Positions 7,133-17,226 of a stretch of DNA of 57,702 nucleotides are shown here, piece after piece. The position numbers were made by a program, and so were the translations under genes. Within the stretch, counting starts at the first letter, position 1. Every line of letters starts with the position of its first letter. The stretch comes from a virus (Duplodnaviria > Caudoviricetes), in the IMG/VR virus record IMGVR_UViG_3300028802_000206, positions 1-57,702 of that record. The stretch is one strand, 5' to 3'. The notes below the pieces were generated by a model. It ran no database searches. It had not been told where the DNA came from and worked only from the letters and a program-made list of their open reading frames with translations.

Positions 7133-8917
7133 TCAGCTCAGTGTGACTTGTGGATCGATGTAGTAAATGGTGGAAGCTTTGGCGGCGCGAATGCTGGCGT
7201 AGACGTAGCCCTTCATCTGCGGCTGCGGGCTGGTGAGGGTGGCGACGAGCTTGAAAGGGGACCAGCCGGCGCCTGAACCGCCGCCGTTCCAGGTGCTGCC
7301 ATCCGAGGACACCGCCGCGTTGGCCGCTAGCGGATGCGACTTGCACGTCGTCTTGAACGACGCGACCGGCGACCCCGAACTGCCGAGATACTGCACGTCC
7401 ATCCAGATTTCGTCGTTCTTCGGCAACGATGCAGAATTAATCGTGCCGCACACCGTCACCGTTTGATTGGCACCAGTCACATCGCTCCACGTCGCCAGCC
7501 GCAGCATGCGATACGGCGTCAGGAACGTAGCCTGCGCATTGGTGGCGATCTTGATGCTGGTCGGCGTGGTGCCGTCGGTGGCGCCTCCGACACGGGTGAT
7601 CGAGGTCTCGGTGGATTGAGAGCCCGCGTACTCGTCGCGGGTAGCTTTGTAGTTGGTGGCGCCGCTGTCGCAGCGCACGGTTACGACTGGGTCGGCAGCG
7701 TAACCAATTGAACTGGCCAACCCAAGACGTGTCATGCTCGCATTGAATTTACAGTCCTCGAACACATAAGGAGTGGCGCTTCCGGGGGCAACCAAAGTCG
7801 TTGACAACGCCGAAAGATCCAAGCCTCTACATATGAGGGTGTTGGAAAGTGTTGATGATGGAACAAACAACGTCGTTGGAACGGTTCCCTGAATAGCCGA
7901 TGCCGTGTTGCGCCACTCAAAGCCGGCATTTTGCAGCTTGATTGATTGCCCGGCATGACTGAAGTTGACCGTGCAGTTGTCCCACAAAATTTGAGCCGGT
8001 GACGAAGAGCTTGATCCTACGATTATCGTGTTGGCGGTGGCCGCGCCGGCTAAAACAAAACCGCAATTCTTGAAAACATAATTGGCCGTTGCCGTGTTTA
8101 TGTTGATGGCCGCAGCCGTGTTTCCGGCACTGAACGATATTCCTTGATAATAGGATGTCGCCGCAGATCCGCTGACGTTGAGAATAATGTTGTTGGTAGA
8201 CGTCACCGCGATGGCGGCCCCAGTGTTGATGTTGGCCTCGACCGGCGGCAGTGACACAGTACGATCCACGCAAATCGCATAGGTTGGCCCGCCAGCTGCC
8301 GTTGCTGGGCTGGTCAGCGTCAGCGCCGTTGCCTGTGTCTCGGCGTGGTTGTCGGCCAGGAAGAACTTATTCCCGGCCGCGCCCCAAACGTAGGCAACAG
8401 CTAACCGCGCGTGAGGTGCGCCCCAGGCAGGGAAGTTGCCCACTGGACCGAGCGAGGTCCAATTCGTTGCACCGTCTGTCGTCGGAACGCCGGCTGTGTC
8501 GCTGAACGCCGGCTCGGAAGCGCCCTGGGCACCAGCGCCACTTGTATTAATTTGATACGAAACGCCGTTGTTGCGTTTTATGACCGTTCCTAAACCTACA
8601 ACCCCTCCAATAGCTTTGACTTGTGCCCACGTTAGCGTACTTGTTAAGTCGCCGTTGACTGCGGGTTGGCCCGTGCATTCCTGCCACTTTGCTGTCCCAT
8701 CTGTGGTAGTGCCACCGCGCGCTATGTTCCATGTCGCATCGGTGACGTTGGCGGTGGTGCCGGCTTGTGTACAGACAAACACCCGCTCGCTGCCGACCGC
8801 AGGCGCGGTGAACTGCCGAACCAGTTGCCCCGCCACCACCGCAGCGTTCTGAGGACGCGCCGTCACGGCGGCGTACTTGACCGACGAAACGTACCAAGTG
8901 GTGTCGAAAAAGGCCAT
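7133..8917 (-). CDS. Large tail/receptor-binding-like protein (beta-rich)
   Basis: 594 aa, rich in Thr/Ala/Gly/Ser; repeated TTDG...W motifs; lower-GC central segment; lies in the fibre cluster. Confidence 0.55.
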   Translation of the reverse strand: MAFFDTTWYVSSVKYAAVTARPQNAAVVAGQLVRQFTAPAVGSERVFVCTQAGTTANVTDATWNIARGGTTTDGTAKWQECTGQPAVNGDLTSTLTWAQVKAIGGVVGLGTVIKRNNGVSYQINTSGAGAQGASEPAFSDTAGVPTTDGATNWTSLGPVGNFPAWGAPHARLAVAYVWGAAGNKFFLADNHAETQATALTLTSPATAAGGPTYAICVDRTVSLPPVEANINTGAAIAVTSTNNIILNVSGSAATSYYQGISFSAGNTAAAININTATANYVFKNCGFVLAGAATANTIIVGSSSSSPAQILWDNCTVNFSHAGQSIKLQNAGFEWRNTASAIQGTVPTTLFVPSSTLSNTLICRGLDLSALSTTLVAPGSATPYVFEDCKFNASMTRLGLASSIGYAADPVVTVRCDSGATNYKATRDEYAGSQSTETSITRVGGATDGTTPTSIKIATNAQATFLTPYRMLRLATWSDVTGANQTVTVCGTINSASLPKNDEIWMDVQYLGSSGSPVASFKTTCKSHPLAANAAVSSDGSTWNGGGSGAGWSPFKLVATLTSPQPQMKGYVYASIRAAKASTIYYIDPQVTLS

Positions 8918-9520
8918 TTACACCAACCCGCTCCCAAGGATCACCGTGCAAGGAGGTCCAGTCGGCCCCGGCGATCCAATCATTGCCGGAACCCACTGAG
9001 TGCTGGTCCCGTCGTAGAACCAAATAAACATATTCCCGCTGTTGCTCTGCCACCAAAGTTGACCAACCGCTGGGCTCGCTGGCGGTGTATCGCCGATGTA
9101 CGTCGCAACGGCACCGCTCGCGACGACGCTCCAGGCCGAACTCTGCCGCGCGTACTGCTGGCCATCGAGCGGTGCCTCTGGCACTGGTCCTGCTGGACCT
9201 GTGGCGCCCGCTGGACCGACCGCCCCCTGCGGCCCGACCGGCCCCTGAATACCCTGGATACCCTGACTACCGGGCGAGCCGGTCGGGCCGGGGTCTCCTT
9301 TCGGGCCCTGCGGACCCGCCGGACCCTGCGGCCCGCCAGCCGGTCCAGGCGGTCCCGCCGGCCCGTCAATTCCGGGCGGTCCAGGCAGTCCAGGCGGCCC
9401 AGCAGCCCCCGGCGGCCCAGGCAATCCAGGCGGTCCCTGCTCAAAGGTCTGGATGAGTGCGATGTCGTCATCTTGAATGACGGAAACTTCGTCAGCGATG
9501 ACCGTCGTGGTGTCAGTCAT
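8918..9520 (-). CDS. Collagen-like fibre protein with foldon-like motif
   Basis: Long Gly-X-Y run followed by [18 protein letters not shown], which resembles the T4 fibritin foldon IPEAPRDGQAYVRKDGEW. Confidence 0.8.
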   Translation of the reverse strand: MTDTTTVIADEVSVIQDDDIALIQTFEQGPPGLPGPPGAAGPPGLPGPPGIDGPAGPPGPAGGPQGPAGPQGPKGDPGPTGSPGSQGIQGIQGPVGPQGAVGPAGATGPAGPVPEAPLDGQQYARQSSAWSVVASGAVATYIGDTPPASPAVGQLWWQSNSGNMFIWFYDGTSTQWVPAMIGSPGPTGPPCTVILGSGLV

Positions 9521-10956
9521 TGCAGCAACTCACCAGGGCCGCGCGGCGCGCGAGGCATGTTCAAGCGCCTCCTGAGTTGATCGACCTCCGCTCTGAGACT
9601 GTCATTGGCGACCTTCAGTTCCCTGATCGCCTCGATGATCGGCGCAACGAGCTTCTGATAATCCGCGCTCTTGGTGCCGTCCTCATCCGTACTGACGAGT
9701 TGCGGGAACACGGCCTCGACAGCCTGCGCCACGACACCGATCTGTGGCCCCGGTCCATACTTGCGCTGATCCTTGAAATGGAAATTGACGCCGCTGATTT
9801 GAAGCAGCTTGTCGAGCGCCCCCGTGATCGGCCCATCTACATCTTTCAAGCGCGCATCTGAAACCGTACAGGTCCCGACCGTGCCGTTGTAAGTGAAAAG
9901 CCCGGTCCCGGTATTGTAGCAGACGGCGCTCGTTGTGGCGGCGTTTGCCATTGTGATGACGCTAAGGGTATTTGCGCGCAATTGATTGGTATACACGTTC
10001 GCCCACCGGAACGACGCATCGCCCAGCGAATAGGTATTATCAATGTCTGGATACAGTTTGCCGGGGTCGAGGTACATGCGATTGACGCCATTTGTAGCCC
10101 ACCCCAGGCCGCCCGCGCCTGGATGCCACATGCCGTCGCCAGTGCCACCGACAAAGGCATACGCAGGCAGTGCTGCGCTGCCAGGACTGGCATAAACCTT
10201 TCCCGCCCCATCAATCTTGAAATAGATGTTTGCGTCGGTACGGTTTGCACGTGCAACCAGCACATTGCTCCAAGCTGGCGACGCTCCAACCCCGGTGTAA
10301 GTATCGGCTCGAAAGGCTGACGTAAGGTTTCCGACCCACGCCTCTGTATTGTAGCCGACGTACTCCGAGCTATCCACGCTCATCAAACCAATGTGCTGAT
10401 GGTTCGCTTGTTGAACCACGCCGCTGCTATCGACAAGGTCTGCGGCAATCTCGGCACCGATAGCCGCCCCTGTTCCCCCATTCGTTTTCCTTGTCCCAGC
10501 AAGGATTGCAGCGGTATCCCCCAGTTTCCCTTGATTGGCGACGACGTAGATGCCGTCTATTTCCCCAAGAATTGCCGAGGTCAGATAATTCTGTTTCTGC
10601 GCCACGATGAACGCGCCGTAGTTGGCATTCGCTGGTCCGTCCGCCGTGCTGCCGACGGCATAGGTGCTGGCTGAAAACGCAGTCTTGGCGTTTCCAGCGT
10701 GGGGCGCATTATCGACGAACGACACCGGAGTGTAGTAAGACAGCCAGTCCCCGCCAAAGGGTACGTTTGGAATGAACATTCCGCTCGGCAGATAGGCAAC
10801 AATTCCAAGGGCGTTTGGTAGCGCAGGCAGTGGGATGTCCTGCCCCGCCGCTGGATTTCCGCATATTGCCCCGGCCGCGAATTGCCCCGTGCATTGCGCC
10901 TGCACCGCAGCCGGGACCGCGCAGCAGAGAATTGCGGCGGTGACTAAGAGACGCAT
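9517..10956 (-). CDS. Fibre-like protein with S74 chaperone and signal-peptide-like N-terminus
   Basis: [33 protein letters not shown]; N-terminus [20 protein letters not shown]. Confidence 0.75.
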   Translation of the reverse strand: MRLLVTAAILCCAVPAAVQAQCTGQFAAGAICGNPAAGQDIPLPALPNALGIVAYLPSGMFIPNVPFGGDWLSYYTPVSFVDNAPHAGNAKTAFSASTYAVGSTADGPANANYGAFIVAQKQNYLTSAILGEIDGIYVVANQGKLGDTAAILAGTRKTNGGTGAAIGAEIAADLVDSSGVVQQANHQHIGLMSVDSSEYVGYNTEAWVGNLTSAFRADTYTGVGASPAWSNVLVARANRTDANIYFKIDGAGKVYASPGSAALPAYAFVGGTGDGMWHPGAGGLGWATNGVNRMYLDPGKLYPDIDNTYSLGDASFRWANVYTNQLRANTLSVITMANAATTSAVCYNTGTGLFTYNGTVGTCTVSDARLKDVDGPITGALDKLLQISGVNFHFKDQRKYGPGPQIGVVAQAVEAVFPQLVSTDEDGTKSADYQKLVAPIIEAIRELKVANDSLRAEVDQLRRRLNMPRAPRGPGELLQ

Positions 10957-10971
10957 TATTCATTCCCCCTC

Positions 10972-11373
10972 TTAACCCACAAAGGTCCAATTATTCGACG
11001 GCGTTACGTCCAGGCGAAACGATCCCCAACTGCTCGCGATCTTGAAACTCGCTTTGCCATCTATCTGGTCGCCGCCAACGCAGTTGATCAGGATGTTGTT
11101 GGTTGCCGCCGCCCCGCTCAAGTCCTTCAGAAAGAGAGTGCCGGATGGATTGTTCATTTTCCAAGTGCTGGCGACGGGGAGCGCGATTGCGGCTGCTGTT
11201 GGTATGTTGAAATAAATCGTCGCGGATGTCGGGGCAATCGACGACGGTGTCGCTGTAATTGTATCAACGGTGCCGGTTGGCACCCCAGGCACCCCAGGTG
11301 CCCCAGGCGGCCCGGGCGGCCCCTGCAATCCGGGCGGCCCCTGCGTAAAAGTTTGAATGACCGTCACGCTCAT
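10972..11373 (-). CDS. Small collagen-repeat virion protein
   Basis: Short Gly-X-Y run plus a LKDLSG.A..NNI.I....D.IDG fibre-type motif. Confidence 0.6.
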   Translation of the reverse strand: MSVTVIQTFTQGPPGLQGPPGPPGAPGVPGVPTGTVDTITATPSSIAPTSATIYFNIPTAAAIALPVASTWKMNNPSGTLFLKDLSGAAATNNILINCVGGDQIDGKASFKIASSWGSFRLDVTPSNNWTFVG

Positions 11374-11714
11374 CGTGTGGCCCCCGCGTTGTTCGTGAGG
11401 GTGCCCGACCAGATGCGGACCTTGCTGCCGCCGAGCGTCAGGATATTGGAGTGGTCGTAATCGCCCAGGCCGAACCGCTCCAGCGCGCCTTGTGCAATCC
11501 GCACGGTGAACATGCCAGCCACCGGGTCGATCAGGACGATCTCTCCGGTGTCGGTCGCAAGGCGCATCAAGGCTGCCGCATCACTTGCGTGCCGCCGCAA
11601 CATCATTTCCATGACACCGCCGGTCAGGTCGATGGGATCGCCAGCGACGGTCTGATACGCAAACGTGCGGTAGAAGTCCGCGTCGTTGTAGACAATGATG
11701 TTGACGATGGCCAT
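11370..11714 (-). CDS. Fibre attachment/adaptor-like protein
   Basis: DADFYRTF...PIDLTG...M.LR motif typical of small Ig-like tail adaptors; ATGA coupling. Confidence 0.5.
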   Translation of the reverse strand: MAIVNIIVYNDADFYRTFAYQTVAGDPIDLTGGVMEMMLRRHASDAAALMRLATDTGEIVLIDPVAGMFTVRIAQGALERFGLGDYDHSNILTLGGSKVRIWSGTLTNNAGATR

Positions 11715-11726
11715 CGTCAGCCTCTT

Positions 11727-12332
11727 TTACGGCAAGGTGTTTGAGATCGCGGCATATGCAGTATCGACCTGAGCGACGAGGGTGATCGTGCCGCTGTTGA
11801 TGCTGGCGAGAGTTGTGCTTTCGCACGTAAAGCATTGTTGCACGAACGTCGCCATCTGCTGCAACACATGCGCAAGTCCAGCCTCGTCCAATTGGATAAA
11901 GGTGCCGTCTGCCAGTTTCCAGTCGGTGATGTGGCCGGGGTTCGCCACCGCATAATCATGGGCGCTGCCGACTGTGTTGCGTGAGACAGGGTCGGACAGA
12001 TAGGGCTTGCCGCCGATGGTACAGCCGCCACTTGCCTTGCGCGACCGGGCGTCACCGTTGTAGGCAGCAAGCTGCGGCTTGCTGTACGCCCCGGCCGCCG
12101 GCTGGATGAACGACGGTGCCGCCAACAGCCACGCCGGGAGCGGCGATCCGTTAGCGCGCAGCACCTCCGCCAACTCCGCCACGCTGGCGATGTTTGTCGC
12201 CTGTGCTCCGCGACTTGTCTTCCAGCCGTCATAGGCCGGGTCGCCGATCGGCACCACGGTGTTGCTCTTGCTTTGGTAGACGTCGGTTGTAGAGCTGGCT
12301 ATCGCCCAGTAGTGATCGATGATGTTGATCAT
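11727..12332 (-). CDS. Tail fibre assembly-like protein (DUF4376-like)
   Basis: ATGA overlap with the upstream fibre gene; WKLADGTFIQLD...FVQQCFTCE motif. Confidence 0.6.
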   Translation of the reverse strand: MINIIDHYWAIASSTTDVYQSKSNTVVPIGDPAYDGWKTSRGAQATNIASVAELAEVLRANGSPLPAWLLAAPSFIQPAAGAYSKPQLAAYNGDARSRKASGGCTIGGKPYLSDPVSRNTVGSAHDYAVANPGHITDWKLADGTFIQLDEAGLAHVLQQMATFVQQCFTCESTTLASINSGTITLVAQVDTAYAAISNTLP

Positions 12333-13636
12333 GCCCATTGCCCTCCGCTCTGGAGAATACCAGCCGAATTTCCCGGCAGGTAGTTGACACCCTGTCCGGC
12401 CGAGTCGATCACGCCGTTCAGCGTAGCCTTGAACTTCGGCCCGGTGACATTCGAGGCACCCGTGATCGAGCTGTAGATCGGCCGGGTCTGACCGCCCTGC
12501 GACGCGCATACGAACCCGGCAGGAAACGCGACCGCAGCCGTGATGGTCAGCAGCGGCGATGCAGGGATGCCGTTGACCAGCACGCCGTTGGTGTAGCCGT
12601 GCAGGTGCGAGCCGACGGTTGACCCGCCGACAATTGTTTGTGGACCGGCAATCAACGCGCTGCCGCCAGGACCCAGCAGGAAGTGGTCGCCATAGCAACT
12701 GTTCCAAGTCGCAGCGCCGAGGGTGATGTTGGCGGCACCCGCCCCCCAGATGCCGTTGCCCTGATCACCGGCCTGTTGATTGGTGGTGCGGAAACTAAAG
12801 CCGTCCAGAGACCAATTGCCGCCCAGCATTATTTTCCATGCCGACCCGGCGGCGGTGTTGAAGATCGAGGCGGCGACCGGGTTGGCGGTGTTGCCGACAA
12901 CATGGACGACGCCCGAACCATTCGGCAGCGGGAACTCGACTGGCGCTGCGTTGGCATAGACGCCGTCCGCAACGTGGATGTAGAAGTCCCAGCCGCCCAG
13001 GTTGTAGCGGGCCATGACGCTGAGCGCCTTCTGCACCGTCCGAAACGGCCCGCCGTGCCCGCCGCTCACCGCCGCTGAAGTGCCGTCGTACAGCGTGTCG
13101 TCGCCGGTACTGGCGTTCACGTAGAGATGCGCAGGCGCTGTCATCGTTACCGTTTGGGTGGGGCTGCCGCCGCCGACCATCTGGAAATTAGTGCCGTCGT
13201 AACAGACCTCGATCAACTGCCCGACCCCCAGCTCGTAGGCCAGCAGTGGCGATAGATCGGAATGCAGCAGCGGCACCGCGCCCAGCCCCGCCAGGGCGAC
13301 GGTCACCTGCGAGGTGTTTTTGTTGCCCACCTTGATGTACATCCGCAGTCCCGGCACATAGGCCGCCACCGGCAGGACCGGCGTCACCGCGATGGCATTC
13401 GGGGCACCGACATCGATGCCGTAGTTGACCCGGCCGATCTGCACCGCCTTCGCGAGCTGCATCAGGTCTGAATTGCTCGGCGTCAGCCCGGTGACGCTGA
13501 CGAAGTTGACGATCTCGCGTTGCGGGTACTCGATGGACGCAGCCGGTGGGATCGATCCCGCCACGCCCGTTTCGGGGTTGCCGTTTACATAACCGGCATC
13601 ATCGTTCGAGTTGCCAAATGGTGCGTTGTATTTCAA
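12329..13636 (-). CDS. Main tail fibre protein (baseplate-attached)
   Basis: Directly follows the gp48-like gene; N-terminal GSIPPAASIEYPQREIVN...DLMQLAKAVQ attachment motif; TTG start. Confidence 0.7.
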   Translation of the reverse strand: MKYNAPFGNSNDDAGYVNGNPETGVAGSIPPAASIEYPQREIVNFVSVTGLTPSNSDLMQLAKAVQIGRVNYGIDVGAPNAIAVTPVLPVAAYVPGLRMYIKVGNKNTSQVTVALAGLGAVPLLHSDLSPLLAYELGVGQLIEVCYDGTNFQMVGGGSPTQTVTMTAPAHLYVNASTGDDTLYDGTSAAVSGGHGGPFRTVQKALSVMARYNLGGWDFYIHVADGVYANAAPVEFPLPNGSGVVHVVGNTANPVAASIFNTAAGSAWKIMLGGNWSLDGFSFRTTNQQAGDQGNGIWGAGAANITLGAATWNSCYGDHFLLGPGGSALIAGPQTIVGGSTVGSHLHGYTNGVLVNGIPASPLLTITAAVAFPAGFVCASQGGQTRPIYSSITGASNVTGPKFKATLNGVIDSAGQGVNYLPGNSAGILQSGGQWA

Positions 13637-13652
13637 GCTGACCTCCTCATTT

Positions 13653-14633
13653 TTAGCCCTCTACGCCAGCGATGAAGATGCGGCAGTGCGGGTCGACTCC
13701 GCATTGATGCTTCGACACCTCGAACCAGACGTGGTCAGGCATCGTGCTCATGCCGGAATAATCGAAGATTATGATGGTGTGCGCTGGCTTCCAGCGGTTC
13801 AGTAAACATTCGAGATCGTCAGCCCTGCCGATGCGCAGATGCGGGTCTATGCCCGTCTGGCCGCCGCCGCTGCCAACGCGGAACCAGATCAGCTTGGTCT
13901 GATCGACGTGCACGGTCCAATAGAAGCGGTTTCCCGGCGGCCCAAGCCCGTAGCTTGGCCATTCCGACAACTGGCCTTCGGCAACAGGAACGCCGCGCGG
14001 GTCGACGATTGGCAGGCCCCACGGATCGAGCGCTGGAAGCTCGGGGGCCGTGCCATAGATGCGGCTATCCCCGCAGCGGTCGATCCCGACAACCCACACC
14101 CGATATTCACTGATCGTGATCACGTACCCGAGCATCGCGGCGATCTGGATGAAGAACTCGCGCGACTGCGCGCCCTGGATCGTCATCCGCATCACGAGCG
14201 CGCGCTGGCGCTCACCAATTGATTGCGGCTCCTCGTAGCAAGGATCGGGCAGGCCCCAATTGCGCTCCCAATCCGGCAATAGCTCGAGCGTTTTGCGCGG
14301 GTCGCTCTCCTGCTCCAGCAGGTCCGCGGCGCGGCTGTCCACCAGCCCCCAGATTTGCGCCAGCCCGCGCACGGTCGCCATGAGGGCGCTGAGCGGATCG
14401 CGCGGCCATGCAGGCCCCAGCGGCAACAGGCTGTTCAGCCCCTCGGCGTAGTCGTCGCCCGTGCGCCGCATGTGGGTGTCGGGCGCGAGCTGCTGCGGAA
14501 CCGCGGAAGTCGGCTCCTCCAGCGCCAAGGGGGGCGGCGTTGGGCGTACCGGGTTTCCAAGCGCGTCCGAATAGGTGTCGCCGTAGAAGTAGCGCTTGCC
14601 TGGGATCGGATTTGTGTACGGGTCGTCGGTCAT
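13653..14633 (-). CDS. Baseplate protein, YmfQ/DUF2313 (Mu gp48-like)
   Basis: LLPLGPAWPRD, ELLPDWERNWGLPD, LNRWKPAHT motifs; ATGA overlap with the gp47-like stop. Confidence 0.85.
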   Translation of the reverse strand: MTDDPYTNPIPGKRYFYGDTYSDALGNPVRPTPPPLALEEPTSAVPQQLAPDTHMRRTGDDYAEGLNSLLPLGPAWPRDPLSALMATVRGLAQIWGLVDSRAADLLEQESDPRKTLELLPDWERNWGLPDPCYEEPQSIGERQRALVMRMTIQGAQSREFFIQIAAMLGYVITISEYRVWVVGIDRCGDSRIYGTAPELPALDPWGLPIVDPRGVPVAEGQLSEWPSYGLGPPGNRFYWTVHVDQTKLIWFRVGSGGGQTGIDPHLRIGRADDLECLLNRWKPAHTIIIFDYSGMSTMPDHVWFEVSKHQCGVDPHCRIFIAGVEG

Positions 14634-15700
14634 GGAAAGTAGACCGTTCCCAGCACCGCCATGTGCCCCAGCGACGGCATCACCGCTGTCTCGAAAGTCA
14701 GGTCGTGGTGATCCTCCCCGACCGCGTTGCCAATGGCCTCCTCCACCCACGAGCGATGGATCGTCTGCCCTGGCGCTGCTCGCTGGAACAGCATGTCGAC
14801 GAGCGACTGCACGATGGCGGCGCGGGTGGCGTCGTCGGCCTTCGACAGGTTGCTGATGGTCATGTCGAGGTAGACGATCAGCGGCGCGAACACGTAGCAG
14901 CCCATCACCGTGACCGGCCGCTTCGTGTCGATGTAATCGCTGACCTCCTGCACGTCTTCTGGGGTCGGCCAGCCGCCGCTGTCCGCGCGCAGGTCGTCCA
15001 TCAGAAAGCGCGTCGTGATGGTTCCCGGCCCCTGCTCTGCCGCCGCCCAGGCGCGCGTGACCCCCGGCATCTGCATGGCCCAGACCACGTAGTCCGCCTG
15101 ACTGCCGCCCATTGCGGGGTTCTGGATGCGGAACAGGATGCGCTCGCGGAGTTGCTCGTCACTCTCCTCGTTGATGCCGCCGGTCATGTCGCCGAACAGC
15201 GCTGCGCTCGGAATGCCGGCAATCGGGGTCACGATCCCAATGGTGTCGCCATCCAGCAGGTTGCCGACCGTGCCTGCGGTCAGCGCCACCGCCTCGGCCG
15301 TTCCGGTCCCACCGCTGCCGATCAGCGCCTCGGTTACGGTCTGGTACTGCACCCTGTTCGCACCCAACAACAGCGTGCCGACCGGCGCGACGAAGTTTGG
15401 ATTGCCGGTGAACTGCACGGTGCCGCTGGCGTAAGTCGCCGCCTTGCGTCCCTTCGAGCCATCGGCATTGACCAGCCAAATAACGCCATGTCGGTCGAGC
15501 CATTCACGCTCTGCGGTGTCTGGCAATAGCTGCTTGGCCAGCCAGTCGAGATACAGCAGCGTCAGATTTGCCAGACCGGCCATGGCATCGGACATGATGC
15601 GCAAGGCCGAGTTCGGGATCATGGCCTTGGCGCCAAGCTGACTGAGCACGTAGTCGCGCGTCAGGCGGCGCGTCTCTTTGAGCGTCGGCGTCTGCCACAT
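14630..15700 (-). CDS. Baseplate J/Mu gp47-like protein
   Basis: LLPDTAE..WLDRHG, ESDEQLRERIL, GGS.ADYV.WA...PGVTRAW motifs; start at MWQTPTL. Confidence 0.9.
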   Translation of the reverse strand: MWQTPTLKETRRLTRDYVLSQLGAKAMIPNSALRIMSDAMAGLANLTLLYLDWLAKQLLPDTAEREWLDRHGVIWLVNADGSKGRKAATYASGTVQFTGNPNFVAPVGTLLLGANRVQYQTVTEALIGSGGTGTAEAVALTAGTVGNLLDGDTIGIVTPIAGIPSAALFGDMTGGINEESDEQLRERILFRIQNPAMGGSQADYVVWAMQMPGVTRAWAAAEQGPGTITTRFLMDDLRADSGGWPTPEDVQEVSDYIDTKRPVTVMGCYVFAPLIVYLDMTISNLSKADDATRAAIVQSLVDMLFQRAAPGQTIHRSWVEEAIGNAVGEDHHDLTFETAVMPSLGHMAVLGTVYFP

Positions 15701-16212
15701 CAGTGGATCCCCTCGATGAGCTGCTGCCAGAGGTCGGCGAACCGCATCTCCACGGCTGGCTCCGGTCCCCGATAGATGACGACGCGAACGTCGATGCGGC
15801 CGATGTCGGTCTGCTCGGCGACCACGTCGATGCGCGAGGCGATTCTGTTGGTGACGAACGGCCGCATGGCATCGCGGGTCCAGCCGTCCACGCGCGTGAC
15901 CGTGGAGCCGCTGCGCGCCCCGGCCCCGGTGATCTTGGCCCTGCGCAACAGCCACAGCAGGCAGCCGACCGGCCAGCCGCCCCACAGTTCTTCTGCGTCC
16001 ATGTCGCCCCACCAGCCGCACCTGTCGGTGGCGTCGGGGTCGGGCAGTTCCTCGGTGACGGGTGCCAGCGCGTTGGTGCCCAGCGCGATGATCACGGCGG
16101 TTTGCAGATCGTAACCGTCCGCGATCAGGTTCTGGTCCGTCAGCAGCCAGTCGAGATTGACCGCGTAGGCGGGAAAATCGAGCTGCTGCAAATAGCGGAT
16201 GTCGCCGATCAC
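15700..16212 (-). CDS. Mu gp46-like baseplate wedge protein
   Basis: LQTAVIIALGT, GWWGD, G.LLWLLRRAK motifs. Confidence 0.85.
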   Translation of the reverse strand: MIGDIRYLQQLDFPAYAVNLDWLLTDQNLIADGYDLQTAVIIALGTNALAPVTEELPDPDATDRCGWWGDMDAEELWGGWPVGCLLWLLRRAKITGAGARSGSTVTRVDGWTRDAMRPFVTNRIASRIDVVAEQTDIGRIDVRVVIYRGPEPAVEMRFADLWQQLIEGIH

Positions 16213-17219
16213 GGCCGCGCCTCCAGCACTGCAAGGCGGGCCTCAAGCGCCTCGATGCGCAGCTCCAGCGGATGCTTGATTATCTCCTTGGAGCTTGGGT
16301 CGGCCTTGAGTTCGATCGGCTTGCTCGACCAGATGCCTGCACTGTCGCACCAGAGAACATTGTCGCCGTGCATCATGTGAACGTGCTGGTCGTCCACCTT
16401 GCTGCTTTTCTTCTCGTCGCCGCCAGCCGTGTGCAGCCACCGCTTGTTGTCCTTGTCGTAGTGGCCGACCACGGTGTCCCCGGTCCGAAACTCGACCTTG
16501 CTCTTTGAGGCCCTCATCTCGGTGTTGACCTCGTCCCCCTCGTGTTTGTACTGCTCGCGATTGGGGGAGCGCTCCGCTTCCGCGCGCTCGTCCGCGCTCA
16601 TCGCCCTGATGTCGTAACCGGCGTCAGCCCATGACCGCAGGTTCTGCTCCGGGGTGCCGTTGCTGCGGTCCTGCTTCTTCTTGACAACATGGCGGACTGA
16701 AACGAAGCGCTCCTTCTTCTCGCTTTTGCCGGTCGCGCGCCCCTGCGCGTCACGCAGCATTTTGGCGCCGGGAGCCTGGCCATTTCCGTCATCGTCGAGC
16801 GACATGATGTACGTCGCCGCCGCACGGATCAGCGTGCCCTGGCCCTGGTGGTCGTACTGGAAACTCTCTCCCGGCTTCAGGCCCATCGGGCGGTGCCTGC
16901 GGTCATCGACCCCGATCACCACAGGATGGTTGCGCTGGCCTCCCAGGAAGACCGCAATGCCCTCTGCGGCCTTGCCCTTGATGTTCGACAGCAGGCTGGC
17001 CATGCCGCCCTGCGGGCCGCCCTCCTGCTCGTCGCGCGGCATCGGGATCGCGCTCATGCCGAACGACTGCATGCGCTCGACGATCTTGCGGCCTTCGCTC
17101 GCCATGCCGTCGAAACTCAGCTCCTGCATCATCGGATTGTCGTTGGCCTTGTTCATCGTCAGCCGAACGATCTGGTGCATCGTCCGCCCCGACATCTCCA
17201 ACAGACTGTTCCTGTTCAC
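16209..17219 (-). CDS. Mu gp45-like baseplate spike/assembly protein
   Basis: Q.FG.S..P, GGQRNHPVVIGVDDRRHRP.GLKPGES..YD..G motifs. Confidence 0.85.
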   Translation of the reverse strand: MNRNSLLEMSGRTMHQIVRLTMNKANDNPMMQELSFDGMASEGRKIVERMQSFGMSAIPMPRDEQEGGPQGGMASLLSNIKGKAAEGIAVFLGGQRNHPVVIGVDDRRHRPMGLKPGESFQYDHQGQGTLIRAAATYIMSLDDDGNGQAPGAKMLRDAQGRATGKSEKKERFVSVRHVVKKKQDRSNGTPEQNLRSWADAGYDIRAMSADERAEAERSPNREQYKHEGDEVNTEMRASKSKVEFRTGDTVVGHYDKDNKRWLHTAGGDEKKSSKVDDQHVHMMHGDNVLWCDSAGIWSSKPIELKADPSSKEIIKHPLELRIEALEARLAVLEARP

Positions 17220-17226
17220 GTCGTCC

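Noticed and set aside
9190-9440. GC-rich 9-bp periodic repeat
   Set aside because: It is fully explained by collagen Gly-X-Y codons.
6212-13636. Diversity-generating retroelement or invertible fibre cassette
   Set aside because: No reverse transcriptase or invertase gene, and no template/variable repeat pair or inverted fibre copy was seen by eye.
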